Assembly (NCBI GenBank): GCA_963695855.1
Contig: CAVOHZ010000010.1
Coordinates: forward strand, 736,001-800,000
Direction: 5' to 3'
Origin: an uncultured Nitrososphaerales archaeon
GTDB taxonomy: Archaea > Thermoproteota > Nitrososphaeria > Nitrososphaerales > Nitrososphaeraceae
Length of the DNA: 64,000 nt
The position numbers and the translations under genes are program-made. Shown piece by piece: positions 41,048 to 51,441 of this stretch; the first letter of the stretch is position 1, and each line of letters starts with the position of its first letter. The notes beneath the pieces were generated by a model. The model saw only the letters and a list, made by a program, of their open reading frames with translations. It was not told where the DNA came from and made no database searches.

Positions 41048-42112
41048 CTAAATTCTCATATTTTCAACATGTTGACTCTCCATTGGAAGAATTTTGACTT
41101 CTTTTTCATTATCATCAGTAATTATTCTTACTATGGATAGATCATTCTTTGGTGCATCGGAATATCTTAGTCCTATTCTTGCAGAAATCTCAATTTCATC
41201 CTCTGTTGTTTCCTTAGCTCTCATTAAACATGTTGGACCGACATAATCTTTTACTTTTAAAATTATATCCTTGTTTAATTTCATCGTATCTATCATATCA
41301 TTCTCCTGCTTGTTTCTACCAACAATAAGTTTACTATTTTTGGACAATCTGAAATGTCTTCCTATTTTTAATAATTCAATGTCGTTCGTATCAGGTATAT
41401 CGTTACTGTGGAAATAAAGATCTCGTACTCTTTTAGAAAATGCGGGATCCGTTAATAAACATCCACCAGCAGAATTTGGAGGGTTGATGATTTCAAATTT
41501 CTCAGCTAATTTCAATTGAACCTTTCTAGATCTGCCTGTAATATTTCCTAAAAATTCTCTTTTGATCAACCCATCTTTTTCCGCTTGTGTAACAGGTAAT
41601 TTTTTAAATGATAGTGGTCTTACTATCAATCCATTAGTACCTGTTTCCTTTTCGATTATTTTTAAAGCATTACTATTTTGACTCATTGGCCTTTGACCTA
41701 AAACCTCACCAGTAATGATAAAATCGGCATCTATTTTTTTCATATGATCTTTAGCTGCCAAATACATCATACTCCTGCAATCAATGCAAGGATTCATTCC
41801 CGAACCATAACCATATTTGGGATTTTTTAACATTTTCAGATATTCTCGACCAAAATAAACAGTTTTCAGACTGACTCCCAATTCTTCAGCAACCTCTTGA
41901 ACCCGATGGCCGCAACCTTTTCCACAGTCAAAATCACAAAATGGTGTTTTGATTGCTATAGCTTCAACTTCTATCCCTTGCTCTTGTATCATTCTTATTG
42001 CTAAATTACTATCCAACCCACCAGATAACAATGCTACCGCCTTCAACTTAGTTTTTTTGTCTTTAGATATTTTTTGTATAAATTCACTCGATTTGCTATG
42101 GGCAGGCTTCAT
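41048..42112 (-). CDS. ThiI/MnmA-like tRNA thiolase (PP-loop ATPase)
   Basis: LLSGGLDS, NPCIDC, TGEVLGQRPMSQ, AGGCLLTD, GRHFR, VGRN. Confidence 0.85.
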   Translation of the reverse strand: MKPAHSKSSEFIQKISKDKKTKLKAVALLSGGLDSNLAIRMIQEQGIEVEAIAIKTPFCDFDCGKGCGHRVQEVAEELGVSLKTVYFGREYLKMLKNPKYGYGSGMNPCIDCRSMMYLAAKDHMKKIDADFIITGEVLGQRPMSQNSNALKIIEKETGTNGLIVRPLSFKKLPVTQAEKDGLIKREFLGNITGRSRKVQLKLAEKFEIINPPNSAGGCLLTDPAFSKRVRDLYFHSNDIPDTNDIELLKIGRHFRLSKNSKLIVGRNKQENDMIDTMKLNKDIILKVKDYVGPTCLMRAKETTEDEIEISARIGLRYSDAPKNDLSIVRIITDDNEKEVKILPMESQHVENMRI

Positions 42113-42195
42113 AAACTTTTTAAATTATTAATCTATATTTATTGTTAAGTTAATAAATATAAAATATATTAATGACAAAAATTAGTAAATGAATT

Positions 42196-42336
42196 ATGGT
42201 TCTAGAATCAATACCCAATTTTGATTCCTACGTGTGGATCGCAGTAGGTTTATTCATCGCAGGTCTATTTTCGATAATGGTTTATGAAAAATCTAATTCA
42301 CAATCAAAACAGGAGAAATCAACAGATCGTCAATAA
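42196..42336 (+). CDS. Possible 46-aa single-TM protein, not in the ORF track
   Basis: MVLESIPNFDSYVWIAVGLFIAGLFSIMVYEK...; overlaps the Lhr 5' end by 53 nt. Confidence 0.4.
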   Translation: MVLESIPNFDSYVWIAVGLFIAGLFSIMVYEKSNSQSKQEKSTDRQ

Positions 42337-45094
42337 TAAGTTTAGCCCATCGAAGGCTGAATTTGAACATATTGAAAAAATTATAACCAGTCAATATTAT
42401 GATTATGGGTTTAATTCGCTTACTCGTATACAAAACTTAGCTTTAAAGGTGATAGTCAGAGATTATAATTGCCTCTTAGTAGCACCAACTGGATCAGGTA
42501 AAACAGAAGCTGCGGTATTACCTATAATTAAGTTGCTTTCTTTATTTAAAGGAGAAACAGGGATCAAAGTGATTTATGTGACCCCCTTAAGATCTCTTAA
42601 TAATGATGTTTTGCGTAGAATAATTCGATATGCGCACACAGAGAAATTAACTGTCGAAATAAGACACGGTGACACCCCAGCCAAAACGAAAAAGAAAATA
42701 ACTCTTAATCCTCCAGATATCTTGATAACTACACCTGAATCGATTCCAATACTTTTAACTATCGAGAATCTGTTAAAAGCTTTTCAATCCTTAAAATGGG
42801 TTATTATTGATGAAGTCCATGAATTGGTGTCCAATGAACGAGGTTCTCATTTGTCTCTATCGCTTGAAAGATTGCAGCAACATTCTAGGAATATTATAAC
42901 AAGAATAGGACTATCAGCAACATTGGGGAATGTAAAAGAAACAGGTAAGTTTCTGGTGGGATCAAATCATAAATGTGCAATTCTTCAAGACCGATCTGTG
43001 AGAGAATATGATCTCAAGATAAAATTTGTAAACGGTTCCATTTATAATGTAGCCAAATTTATTGTAGAATATATAAAGACGAATAATATTTCAGGTTCCG
43101 TTCTTCTATTTACTAACACAAGGGACGAAGCTGAATATTTCGGGACCATTCTTAAGACTCAAAAGGAAGTTAATGTAGATGTACACCATGGTTCTTTATC
43201 AAAAGAAATTCGCGAAGATGCTGAACACAAATTAAGAACCGGTGCTGCGGGAATAGTCGTATGTACCTCTTCATTAGAATTAGGTTTGGATATTGGTTCT
43301 GTTGATCTGGTAATCCATTATGGTTCTCCCAGACAAGTTTCAAAATTAATGCAAAGAATTGGGAGAAGTCGTCATCAAAACCGACGTTCAGCTAAAGGGT
43401 TGATTGTTACTAATATTCCTGATGATGAAGTTGAGTGTATTGCATTAATTAGAAGAATGCGAAATAGATCTGTTGAACAACAATCAATACATCTCAAGTC
43501 TCTTGATGTTCTGTCCCATCATTTGGTAGGATTGACGTTAGAAAGAAAGGATGACGTTAGTGTTGACAAAACTTTTTCTATTGTGACAAGAGCATATCCT
43601 TTCCTTAATCTTTCAACACGTACTCTTGAATCCTGCTTGGATCTTCTTGATAGAAATAAAATAATAATGTATAATAGAGAAACCAATACATTTAGACGTA
43701 GAATCAAATCATATAAATATTATTTTGAAAATATATCCATGATTCCTCATATTCTCAAGTTTCAAGTAATAGATTTCATTAGTAAAAAAAAGATAGGAAC
43801 ATTGGATCAAAAATTCGTGGGTGATTATGGAGAGAAAGGAAATGTATTTGTACTCAAAGGTACCCAATGGAGGGTCATATCAATTGACGAATCGAAATTC
43901 GAGGTCAACGTAGAGCCATTATATGGAACTAACATTAATGTTCCGCATTGGGTAGGTGAATTAATTCCAGTTGATTATTACACCGCTGAAGAAGTGGGAA
44001 AAGTCAGAAACTTCATAGTGGGAAAAAAAATAGGTGTAGACAATTCAGTAATGGATGATTTTTTCAAGACATTCAATCTTGTTCCAGACACCAAGAAAAT
44101 CGTGGTAGAAAGTTCTGATACTCAAAATCAAATTGTCATTCATTCCACATTCGGTACAAAAGTAAATAATACCTTGTCATCGTTATTTTCTACAATTATT
44201 TCAGCGAAATTAGGATACATAGTAGAAACTCGAAGTGATCCATATAGAATTCTTTTAACATCTTCTGCAAGAATTACTAAATTTCACATTCAATCTGTAC
44301 TTGATGGTGATTACGATATTGAATCAATCCTGATCGCGTCTCTAAATAATACTTATCTTTTAAATTGGAAAGTGTGGATGGTAGCGAAAAGACTTGGTAT
44401 AATTAGTAAAGAGGCACTATATGATAAAAAAATTGCAAGGTTGATTTATGATAGATACGCTAAAACACCACTAAGTGAAGAGTCGATCAGAGAATTAATT
44501 CATGAAAAACATGATATCTTACTGACTAGACATGTATTAAATGATTTTAAAAAACAAATTATCAATTTGCATTGGGTTAGAATATCGGATTTCTCAGAAC
44601 TAGCTAAACCAATCCTTGATCATTCAACTAAATTATCCTCAGCCCCTAACTCTATTGAGACCGGTATTATAGAGATTATAAAAGAAAGACTTGACAAGAC
44701 GAAACAAAAACTTATATGTATACGATGCGGAAAATGGGAACGTACATTTACTGTCCATGAGACTCCTTCAAATATCGTATGCACATATTGCAAATCTCGA
44801 CTCATAACACTTACTTCTTGGTATGATAACGACCTCAAAAAAATAATATTAAAAAAAATTGAAAGAAAGATGTTAAAGCAGGACGAATCTCATAAGTTTG
44901 AACGTGCATGGAAAATATCTTCTTTGATAAATAATTTTGGAAAAAAAGCTGTATTAGTACTTGCAGGACATGGAATCGGTGCTGATACAGCGGCGAGAAT
45001 CCTGCGTGATTATGTAGATGATGAAGAAATATTCAGACAAATATACAAGGCAGAACGACAATACGTAATGACAAGAGGATTTTGGGACAATTAG
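42284..45094 (+). CDS. lhr: Lhr-family ATP-dependent helicase
   Basis: APTGSGKT, RHGDT, ITTPES, DEVHE, GLSAT, HHGSLS, TSSLELGLDIG, QRIGRS; C-terminal Zn finger. Confidence 0.93.
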   Translation: MKNLIHNQNRRNQQIVNNKFSPSKAEFEHIEKIITSQYYDYGFNSLTRIQNLALKVIVRDYNCLLVAPTGSGKTEAAVLPIIKLLSLFKGETGIKVIYVTPLRSLNNDVLRRIIRYAHTEKLTVEIRHGDTPAKTKKKITLNPPDILITTPESIPILLTIENLLKAFQSLKWVIIDEVHELVSNERGSHLSLSLERLQQHSRNIITRIGLSATLGNVKETGKFLVGSNHKCAILQDRSVREYDLKIKFVNGSIYNVAKFIVEYIKTNNISGSVLLFTNTRDEAEYFGTILKTQKEVNVDVHHGSLSKEIREDAEHKLRTGAAGIVVCTSSLELGLDIGSVDLVIHYGSPRQVSKLMQRIGRSRHQNRRSAKGLIVTNIPDDEVECIALIRRMRNRSVEQQSIHLKSLDVLSHHLVGLTLERKDDVSVDKTFSIVTRAYPFLNLSTRTLESCLDLLDRNKIIMYNRETNTFRRRIKSYKYYFENISMIPHILKFQVIDFISKKKIGTLDQKFVGDYGEKGNVFVLKGTQWRVISIDESKFEVNVEPLYGTNINVPHWVGELIPVDYYTAEEVGKVRNFIVGKKIGVDNSVMDDFFKTFNLVPDTKKIVVESSDTQNQIVIHSTFGTKVNNTLSSLFSTIISAKLGYIVETRSDPYRILLTSSARITKFHIQSVLDGDYDIESILIASLNNTYLLNWKVWMVAKRLGIISKEALYDKKIARLIYDRYAKTPLSEESIRELIHEKHDILLTRHVLNDFKKQIINLHWVRISDFSELAKPILDHSTKLSSAPNSIETGIIEIIKERLDKTKQKLICIRCGKWERTFTVHETPSNIVCTYCKSRLITLTSWYDNDLKKIILKKIERKMLKQDESHKFERAWKISSLINNFGKKAVLVLAGHGIGADTAARILRDYVDDEEIFRQIYKAERQYVMTRGFWDN

Positions 45095-45100
45095 CTATTT

Positions 45101-46549
45101 TTAATTTATTTTTCTAATCTCAGAAAATCCTTTTAACGTTATTTCAATTTTATTCTCTCTTCCCATTCCTGCAACTGCTCCAATAACTTTAATTCGATTG
45201 CCCACAACCAGTTTTGAAATTAGGCGACTCTGCTCTCTCCATCCTGTTAATCTAATTTCTCCAGTATCGTCTCCTATAAGGGTATCACTTACTGTAACAT
45301 TTTCTCCACTTTTTGTTGTTATTTCGGACGTATTGGGAGATTGTAAAACAATTGCTTCTATTATGTAAGGTTTATCAGAAATTTCTATATTCTTAATTTT
45401 TGATTCTAGCTCTAGTTCATCAGGGAAAGACTCGTACTTGTCATCTATAATTCTAATAAATGAATCTTCATCGGTAAAATAAAAAATATTTCCAAATACC
45501 TTATTAGGTATTCCTTCAATAATTGTATTAGAGATTATTTCTTCATTAATTATTTTACGATCTATCACTACAGAAACAAAATTCCTATTTTTGTCTATAG
45601 CCAGGTAGTTTTCATTTAGTGTGTCTTCTTTGTTCGAATTTGAGATGATTTTCAAAATTACTACCTTTCCCTCTTCTACTTTCTCCTCTGAATCAATGAT
45701 CTCTATTATGGTAGATTCGTCTCCATGTATCTCTAATTCTTCTCCGCTATATTGAGGATTTCCTTGTTTGATTCTTACCCCTGTTAACTTTATTTTAGAA
45801 CCACTGATAAAAATATCAGGAATTTTATCTTCGTTTATGTTCCAAATAACGCTTCGAAGAGATCTACTTTTATCTTCATTTGATAATATCACTTGTAATG
45901 ATTTGCCAGGTTCATTCCTAAAGTTGGTGTATCTTGATATTCTTGGATTGGATGATATGTATCCAGTTACCACGATATTTTCTATAGGTTCTCGTATTTC
46001 TCCAATATTTTTGGTTCGTTGGTCAATTGATGGGATATCTGTATCATCTTTAATTGTCTCTAATATGCCTCTTGTACCTAAATTTATGATGGGTTTGTTA
46101 TCTAAGCCGGACTTAACATAACCATGTGAAATTTTTATGATGTCGCCAGGTTTTAGTTTCTCATTTTCAGGAAAATTAACATGATTATCCCATAGTCTCA
46201 ATTTAATGGATGAAAAGCTATCATAGATTGTTAATGTTCTAGTCTGTATTTCCTCATTTGTGTCTCTTCTTGTATATCTCTTAATTGGATATACGTTTAT
46301 TATTCTTGCAACAAGGTTAACATCGTTTGCCCCTATGTAAAGGTCCTTTATATAGGTTTGAACATCTTGTGCACTATCAAATGATATACCAAGATCCGAT
46401 GCTACAAGAAATAATGCACCTTGGTCCGTCAAGTAACCAGCACCGATTTTTCTTTTCTTCTCATCTATTAGATCTCTTATTTCTTCAGCAGTTATTTCTG
46501 GCAGCTGTTTGAGAATAATTTCAATCATTTTCTTAAATTCTAGTGACAA
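45101..46549 (-). CDS. rpa: Replication protein A (multiple OB folds)
   Basis: GAGYLTDQGALFLVA N-terminal motif; OB folds including IGDDTGEIRLTGW. Confidence 0.85.
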   Translation of the reverse strand: MSLEFKKMIEIILKQLPEITAEEIRDLIDEKKRKIGAGYLTDQGALFLVASDLGISFDSAQDVQTYIKDLYIGANDVNLVARIINVYPIKRYTRRDTNEEIQTRTLTIYDSFSSIKLRLWDNHVNFPENEKLKPGDIIKISHGYVKSGLDNKPIINLGTRGILETIKDDTDIPSIDQRTKNIGEIREPIENIVVTGYISSNPRISRYTNFRNEPGKSLQVILSNEDKSRSLRSVIWNINEDKIPDIFISGSKIKLTGVRIKQGNPQYSGEELEIHGDESTIIEIIDSEEKVEEGKVVILKIISNSNKEDTLNENYLAIDKNRNFVSVVIDRKIINEEIISNTIIEGIPNKVFGNIFYFTDEDSFIRIIDDKYESFPDELELESKIKNIEISDKPYIIEAIVLQSPNTSEITTKSGENVTVSDTLIGDDTGEIRLTGWREQSRLISKLVVGNRIKVIGAVAGMGRENKIEITLKGFSEIRKIN

Positions 46550-46943
46550 AGTATATCTATCATTTTATACTATATTACTATCCTATATGTTTTAATCCAT
46601 TGCAAATTGATAACATTTATTTTTTAAATATTCTTGAATTAAATTATCGAATAAAAAACATTTTTTCCTTTTAAATCATTCTTAAATCAATTAAATATTT
46701 AAAAGCATTAAATTTACTATTTCTGGATAACTATTAACAGTTCAACTAGATTATATCTTTGGTCAAAACTTTAAATAAATTAATACAATAATAATATGAA
46801 AACTATCTTCATATTTATAATATCTCTGGTTTTCTTACCAAATGTTTTTGTCCAAACTTCGACTGATCTAATGATCAAAGATATTCGAACTAATCATATT
46901 ATCAACCTATCATTTTTATTAAGAGAATAAATATTCTATAGTT

Positions 46944-47270
46944 ATGATAATTCGTTATTTTGTGGAGCCTGAGATTAACTATGTTTATAATGAAAACGGT
47001 AATCTGGATTCTGAAATTCAATCAGGTTATGGTAGTGAAGTAATAGGAGATCTAGAATATTGTTGTGAAGCTTTAGAAAAAAATTTCTGGTTAGAATTGA
47101 TGGATCCAGAATATTATGAAGATGACAATCCGAGGAAAATAAAGGAGCCAAAGATAGTTCTTGGATTTGCAAATTACTCTGGTGGTTATACAATTGTAGG
47201 TGGTGAAGATGGAATTAAATTTTGTCCGTTTTGTGGCGAAAAAATTGTTTTAGAATTAGTAGAACGATAA
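46944..47270 (+). CDS. Hypothetical acidic Cys-motif protein
   Basis: YCCE...IKFCPFCGEKI; isolated in AT-rich DNA. Confidence 0.6.
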   Translation: MIIRYFVEPEINYVYNENGNLDSEIQSGYGSEVIGDLEYCCEALEKNFWLELMDPEYYEDDNPRKIKEPKIVLGFANYSGGYTIVGGEDGIKFCPFCGEKIVLELVER

Positions 47271-47497
47271 GAATTATTAAAAATCACTATTACAAGAATT
47301 TGAAAATTTTCATCTGATAATAATTAAAAATATTCTTAAACAACACATATAATAATAATTGCTGTTTGAATAGATTTTTACATAAAATCTGAAGTATTTG
47401 ATTTTCTTATTGAGGTTTTGATGACTTATAAATAAATATGAATTTTTTAAAGGATATTATTTATATCGACTTCTCATAAATATGTAATACGGCAAAT

Positions 47498-47998
47498 GTG
47501 AACGGATACTCTTTCATAGCCGATGCGATGTTAGGTAAAATTGCAAGAAAATTAAGGATGTTTGGTTATGATACCGTCTATGATTCGAATGCAAAAGATG
47601 ATTATTTTATATTTCCAGAAGTTCATACTAATAGAATAATATTAACAAGTGACAGAGAATTGTTTAATAGATGTAGGAAAAAAAGTTTTAGCATAATTTT
47701 GCTTAATAAGAAAACTGAATTTGAAAATTTAGTAACCATTTTTTTATCCTTAAAAGTAAAATATATAGATCCAAACCTTTCTTTTTCCCGCTGTACAATT
47801 TGTAATGGTTTATTAGGTGTTGTTGATAGCGATAATATTTTTTTTGATGCAAATCATAAATTACTTAAATTAAATAATATTAAAGAATTTTACAAGTGTA
47901 AAATTTGTAAAAAGATTTACTGGAAAGGAAGTCATGTGAATAATATGCTAGATTTAATTAAAAAAATAAATATGGAACTTTCAAGTCAAAAAAAGTAA
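47498..47998 (+). CDS. Mut7-C RNase domain protein
   Basis: DAMLGKIARKLRMFGYDT, LTSDREL, RCTICNG, CKICKKIYWKGSH. Confidence 0.9.
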   Translation: MNGYSFIADAMLGKIARKLRMFGYDTVYDSNAKDDYFIFPEVHTNRIILTSDRELFNRCRKKSFSIILLNKKTEFENLVTIFLSLKVKYIDPNLSFSRCTICNGLLGVVDSDNIFFDANHKLLKLNNIKEFYKCKICKKIYWKGSHVNNMLDLIKKINMELSSQKK

Positions 47999-48307
47999 TG
48001 GGACAACTCTTTTCATGTGAACTATTTGTTCTTATTCCCTAATTAGTTTTTGATATTTATGTTTATTACTTTTTTTTGCATATTTATTATTTAATCCACA
48101 ATCATTCCAACTGCTAAAAACATAGTATAAGGAAACCATGTTTACAATTTTTATCTCATCTTCATAAGAGATGAATATGCATATCTAGGTATAAAGATGT
48201 AAATTATGGGAAAAATTATGTTCCAAATGAAAAGTAGATTATCTACTACATCAAATATGTTTCTATATATAATAACTATAATCACAGGGATCGTTTACGA
48301 TCATTTC

Positions 48308-48988
48308 TTATTTGTATAATTTGATTCGTAACAGTTCATAAGCCTTTGCCGCATCCCCTTCACTGATTATTAAAACTATTTCATTTGGAGTAAATAACGC
48401 ATTATGTAATAAAATTTGATTATTATAAAGAATATTTGAAATCATCGATAATAGTTGGTATGTTTTTTTAAATTCTGTTTCAGACCAAGGCAACGTAATA
48501 TTTATCATGGATATTCCTTCTTTAATTGTGTCAGGTTGGTTTTTTAATTCATCTCTAAAAATTTTCTTTATCTCATTAATATTTTCAACAAATAATTTAA
48601 TATGATTTCTTGTTTGAAAAAAATTAAATCGAATATCCCAGTCTTTGTCAAAAAGATTTAAAATTCTTTCCATATTTTCAATTTCCATTCCAAAATCCAC
48701 ATCAAGTATACTTCCAGTTAAAGATATTCTTGCACCTTTGATTGATTCTAAATTGTCATTAGACACATAAGAGTTCTCTCCTTGAATCACATCAGCTAAT
48801 CTTTTTATTCCCACTACAATTGTATTGATGTTTACCTCCGACTTCGTCATCTTCTCCACTTCAGTTTTTATCTTTATAGCTAATGCAGTGTAATTAGCAA
48901 TACCTGTCTTTAGTGCGTTTATATAAAGACTGTTAGAATATAGTATCTCTCTAATAGCATGAGAAACGCTAGGTATTCTTGAGTACAT
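48308..48988 (-). CDS. ACT-domain-containing regulator-like protein
   Basis: GIANYTALA..I N-terminus and C-terminal ACT-like fold. Confidence 0.7.
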   Translation of the reverse strand: MYSRIPSVSHAIREILYSNSLYINALKTGIANYTALAIKIKTEVEKMTKSEVNINTIVVGIKRLADVIQGENSYVSNDNLESIKGARISLTGSILDVDFGMEIENMERILNLFDKDWDIRFNFFQTRNHIKLFVENINEIKKIFRDELKNQPDTIKEGISMINITLPWSETEFKKTYQLLSMISNILYNNQILLHNALFTPNEIVLIISEGDAAKAYELLRIKLYK

Positions 48989-49062
48989 ATTTATTACATG
49001 ATGAAATAGATATTACATCAATTTATTCTTAATTTATTTTTGTGTCATAGCCAATTTCTATT

Positions 49063-49551
49063 TTATTGAATATTCTTTTCTTCTTCCTTGATTGTCCTGC
49101 AGCATCTTCCATAAGGAATGGGGTGTCCATGTGGACAAAATCTTGGATGATTTAATAGTATGCATAATGCATCTGTAAATTTAGTTTTCATATGATGTTC
49201 TATTCCACAGACCATTTCTTCATCTATCTCTATTTTTAGCGCATCATTCATCATAACTTCTAATAACCGTGTATTACGGATCATCTGTTTTCCTATTTTT
49301 TCGCCTTTTAGTGTTAACTGGACTAAATTTCCTTTTTCGTATGAAACAAGATTTGAATCATTAAGCTTATGCAACATTTGAACTACCGAGGGTTGTTTTA
49401 CATTCAATAATTTTGCTATTGAACTGACCTTTATCTCTTTACCCATTTCACGAATGAACCAAATCGCTTTTAAATACATCTCTGTATGTTCAGATTCCGC
49501 TGTCCCTAGATACAAGGCCTCCTCGCTAACCATCTCTGGAGATATCTTCAA
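49063..49551 (-). CDS. DtxR/MntR metal-dependent repressor
   Basis: EMYLKAI, IAKLLNVKQPSV HTH, CGIEHH, CPHGHPIP. Confidence 0.92.
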   Translation of the reverse strand: MKISPEMVSEEALYLGTAESEHTEMYLKAIWFIREMGKEIKVSSIAKLLNVKQPSVVQMLHKLNDSNLVSYEKGNLVQLTLKGEKIGKQMIRNTRLLEVMMNDALKIEIDEEMVCGIEHHMKTKFTDALCILLNHPRFCPHGHPIPYGRCCRTIKEEEKNIQ

Positions 49552-49641
49552 GCTTACGTTACTCCTTTTGTTTATTCCAACTATTAACTTTTACCAACTT
49601 TTAGAAACTAAATTTAAATCCCTCCGTGTCTGAATATTTAG

Positions 49642-50790
49642 ATGATGTCTACTATTAATCAGATTACTGTTGTTGGATCTGGTGCTATGGGTCATGGCAT
49701 TGCACAAATATCAGCAATGGTCGGTTATGAAGTTGTTATCCGAGATATCCAACAATCTTTTCTTGATAAAGCGATGGAGAAAATAAACTGGTCGGTAAAT
49801 AAATTAGTGGAGAAGAAAAAAATTAATCAAACTGAAGCAGAAAAGATAATCAGCAGGATTCATCCGATCGTGGATATACAACAGTCATTAAAAAACTCCG
49901 AGCTAATAATAGAAGCTGTTCCAGAAGATTTACAATTAAAACATAAAGTATATCAAGAATTAGATAAATATGCCGATAAGAATGTAATTTTTGCATCAAA
50001 TACCAGTACCTTACCAATATCTGAAATTTCGTCATTTACTTCAAGACCAAACAGGTTTATAGGCCTACATTTTTTTAATCCTCCTCAATTGATGAAATTA
50101 GTCGAGGTAATACCTGGAGATAAAACAGATAAACAAATTACAGATTTAATAATTAATTTTGTCAACAAGATAGGAAAGATTCCTATTTTGTGCAAAAAAG
50201 ATGTCCCTGGCTTCATAGTTAACAGAATTTTTATCCCCCTTGTCCATGAAGCAGTGTATTCTTTAGATAGATCAAAATCATCACTTGCTGAAGTAGATTC
50301 AGCATCAAAATATAAAATGGCCTTGCCTATGGGTATTTTTGAATTAGCAGATTATACGGGTATTGACGTTATACATAAAGCAACAAATGAAATGTATTCT
50401 CGTGATAAAAAGGTAATATTTCCACATCCAAAAATTCAGGAATTATTTGAAAATAAAGAATTGGGTCAAAAGACAGGAAAAGGATTCTATCAGTATCAAG
50501 GAGATAACTATGAAAGAATACAGCTTACAGAAGAATTGGCAGAAAAGTTTGATCCGATCTCTTTAGTATCAGTGGCAGTCAATAATGCCTCATGGTTACT
50601 TTCTAACGGAGTATGCAACAAGAATGAGCTTGAGGAGGCCTTAATGCTAGGAATGGGATTAAAAAGAGAATTATTTGAGACAGCGGAAATTTTTGGAATA
50701 AATAATATAATCGATAAATTACAATATCTCAGTTCGGAATTTGGAATGTTCTATGAACCAGACAAATATTTACTAGCTATGAAAAAATAG
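49642..50790 (+). CDS. 3-hydroxyacyl-CoA (3-hydroxybutyryl-CoA) dehydrogenase
   Basis: GSGAMGHGIA, IEAVPE, ASNTS, HFFNPP, PGFIVNR, PMGIFELAD. Confidence 0.93.
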   Translation: MMSTINQITVVGSGAMGHGIAQISAMVGYEVVIRDIQQSFLDKAMEKINWSVNKLVEKKKINQTEAEKIISRIHPIVDIQQSLKNSELIIEAVPEDLQLKHKVYQELDKYADKNVIFASNTSTLPISEISSFTSRPNRFIGLHFFNPPQLMKLVEVIPGDKTDKQITDLIINFVNKIGKIPILCKKDVPGFIVNRIFIPLVHEAVYSLDRSKSSLAEVDSASKYKMALPMGIFELADYTGIDVIHKATNEMYSRDKKVIFPHPKIQELFENKELGQKTGKGFYQYQGDNYERIQLTEELAEKFDPISLVSVAVNNASWLLSNGVCNKNELEEALMLGMGLKRELFETAEIFGINNIIDKLQYLSSEFGMFYEPDKYLLAMKK

Positions 50791-50816
50791 AATCAAAAAA
50801 TAAAAACAATATTTTC

Positions 50817-51323
50817 TTACTTTTTAATATATTTAATAATGTGTTCAACTGCTCTTTTTGGGCTAGTCGTTTTTTGAATCATTATTCTTTTTCGTTCATC
50901 TAAAAATTTTCCGCCGTAACTATCAGCAATTCCACCGCTTCCAGTAATTGCTACCATTTTCTTTTTTAGCATATAACCCACAGTTACCTCAGTCAACGTA
51001 CCAACTCCACCTCCAACAACTATAATACCATCTGCTGAAGTCGCTACAATGAAGTCCCTGCTGTAGCCTATTCCAGTAGGTATTACGATGTCGCAATATT
51101 TATTTGCAAATGAGAAATCATCTTGAGGGATAATTCCGATAGTTATACCTCCATTATCATTCGCACCATTACATGCGGCTTCCATTACTCCACCAAGACC
51201 TCCACAGACCAAAACAGAGCCCGATAACGCAATCTCTTTTCCTACGTCATATCCTATTTTTCTTGCAATAGCGGTACAAATATTCTCATTATAACCAATT
51301 ACAGAAATCTGTGTTTTACGCAT
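50817..51323 (-). CDS. LOG-family protein (TIGR00725-like)
   Basis: CGGLGGVMEAAC, GIIP, GGGVGTLTE. Confidence 0.88.
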   Translation of the reverse strand: MRKTQISVIGYNENICTAIARKIGYDVGKEIALSGSVLVCGGLGGVMEAACNGANDNGGITIGIIPQDDFSFANKYCDIVIPTGIGYSRDFIVATSADGIIVVGGGVGTLTEVTVGYMLKKKMVAITGSGGIADSYGGKFLDERKRIMIQKTTSPKRAVEHIIKYIKK

Positions 51324-51441
51324 TTAATACAAAGAATCATCTTATTTTAAATTTTTTTGGTTAATTTAAATGATATAATATCGCTAACAAGTTGAAAAAT
51401 CTACATTAAATATATTTGAAAATAGAATATATATCACCCTA

